Source: the human T2T-CHM13v2.0 reference genome, Homo sapiens. From it: a stretch of 64,000 nucleotides of DNA. A program made the translations under genes and the position numbers. Location: assembly GCF_009914755.1 (NCBI RefSeq), contig NC_060934.1; one strand, given 5' to 3'. Below, piece after piece: positions 62,603 through 64,000 of the stretch. Under the pieces are notes generated by a model. It ran no database searches. It saw only the letters and a list, made by a program, of their open reading frames with translations, and was not told where the DNA came from. How positions within the stretch are numbered: position 1 is the stretch's first letter; each line of letters begins with the position of its first letter.

Positions 62603-64000
62603 ACTGATGACATAACAGATAGGAACTGCAAAGATGCTTGGGCCCCACCAAAGTCAGGAGTTTGGAAATGCCACAGATCTTGAGGGGTAATAAGTACTCA
62701 TACATTTTCAGCAATACCTCTGCTTGTCCTGAATTTGGAGACCTGGGCTTCAGTTATGCCATGAGTACAGAATATGTTATTATTTTACATCAAGCCTCAA
62801 TTTCCAAATGGTAAACATCAGGAAGGTGAACTGGGAAGTTTCCTAAGGAGCTGTTGCACCCAACACATTTATGAAAATCTTTTCTAAGTCTCTCCTATAC
62901 AATATATTGATGGCCTCAATGGGGAGAAGTCATGCACATGTCTCAATTTTCATGAGCCCAATGGGAGCAAAGAATTCCCGGGCAACGCAAGCAGATATAA
63001 ATGACATGATACACTGAAGAGAGTATAATGTTATCTAAGTCTGCTCCACTGTCAAGTCCACAGATGAAATGTTTCAGTCCACCGAGGTGATCACTTACAT
63101 GTTATTAATGTGTTAGAAAACCTAATATTACTTATGTCTCTAGGTATGGAAAATATATCTTGTTCGTGTTTTATGGATGAAAAATGTCAACAGGCAAATT
63201 AAAAAATAATTTTACAACAAAAATCACCATGTTAATGGCCATTTAATTGGAAATCTGAAGGATAAAGTAAATTTCATTGTGATTGCAAATATCAGTGAAA
63301 AAGAAGATTTTATTGGTGTTATTTAAATATAGTTCTCTGGAACACACAAGTTGATTCACAGTGCTCCTGCTGCTGCACTGCCGCCGCCTGACAGCCTGTC
63401 TTATCCGCCAAATTGCTCATTAGGTTTGGCAATTTTCACCTGCGCCTCCAGTTTATCTTTCAGCAGGGAATACACATCAGTCTGCTTTTACCATCTTCTG
63501 CAGTGAGCTTCCAACACCCCACAGTAGCACAGTGTCCCTGATCTGCAACCCTCCAAACACATCTTGCATATACACCATTATTTTTAAATGCCAATACAGC
63601 TCCCAGTTTTCTAACCAAAACTACGGGAGAATATGCAAAGTAAGCCCTGTATTACAAATACTAAGATGACCAATAATTTACTTAATTTTTTAATGCAAAA
63701 AAGAACACATAAACCATATAAACTTAATTTCTTAAATGCTCATCTTAAGAGAGTATTTCTGAGTGGGGTGCAGGGGACAAGAGGGCAGAGGATCCTCTTC
63801 CAATTGGCTCTGACCCCTCCAACCTTTGTTACAGGTCAGAAAAAAGAGTACTCCAATTTATAAATAAACAATAGAGGTAACGTGGCAACGGGAACAAAGA
63901 GGTAGCTGAGAGTACTACTCAGCTCTCTGCCTGTGCCTGATTTTGCCGATCCCTGCCAATGAGCACTGTGACATTCAGATCAATTAAAAAAACAAAAAAA

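Overview
AT-rich primate genomic DNA, human or a close great ape, dense in Alu, L1, MIR, MaLR/ERV LTRs and MER DNA transposons. The whole window lies inside PARD3 (Par-3 polarity scaffold), transcribed on the minus strand. Two coding exons are present: 26528-26706 (179 nt, ..[20 protein letters not shown], with the Ser144 14-3-3 motif) and 6760-6891 (132 nt, [16 protein letters not shown]). They are separated by a 19.6-kb intron; the flanking exons lie outside the window. The upstream intron holds a decayed processed pseudogene of Elongin B (44937-45458, minus) with a poly(A) tail and degenerate target-site duplications. Almost all other ORFs in the track are repeat or low-complexity artefacts. 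I see no convincing wholly new biological system. The best leads are a recursive-splice-site motif, a candidate poison exon, a ~570-bp purine tract, an LTR with overlapping RFX and palindromic T-box motifs, a triple-MEF2 palindrome, a candidate enhancer and several small rearrangement scars. Repeat subfamily names, exon numbers and residue numbers come from memory of consensus and reference sequences, not from a database search.
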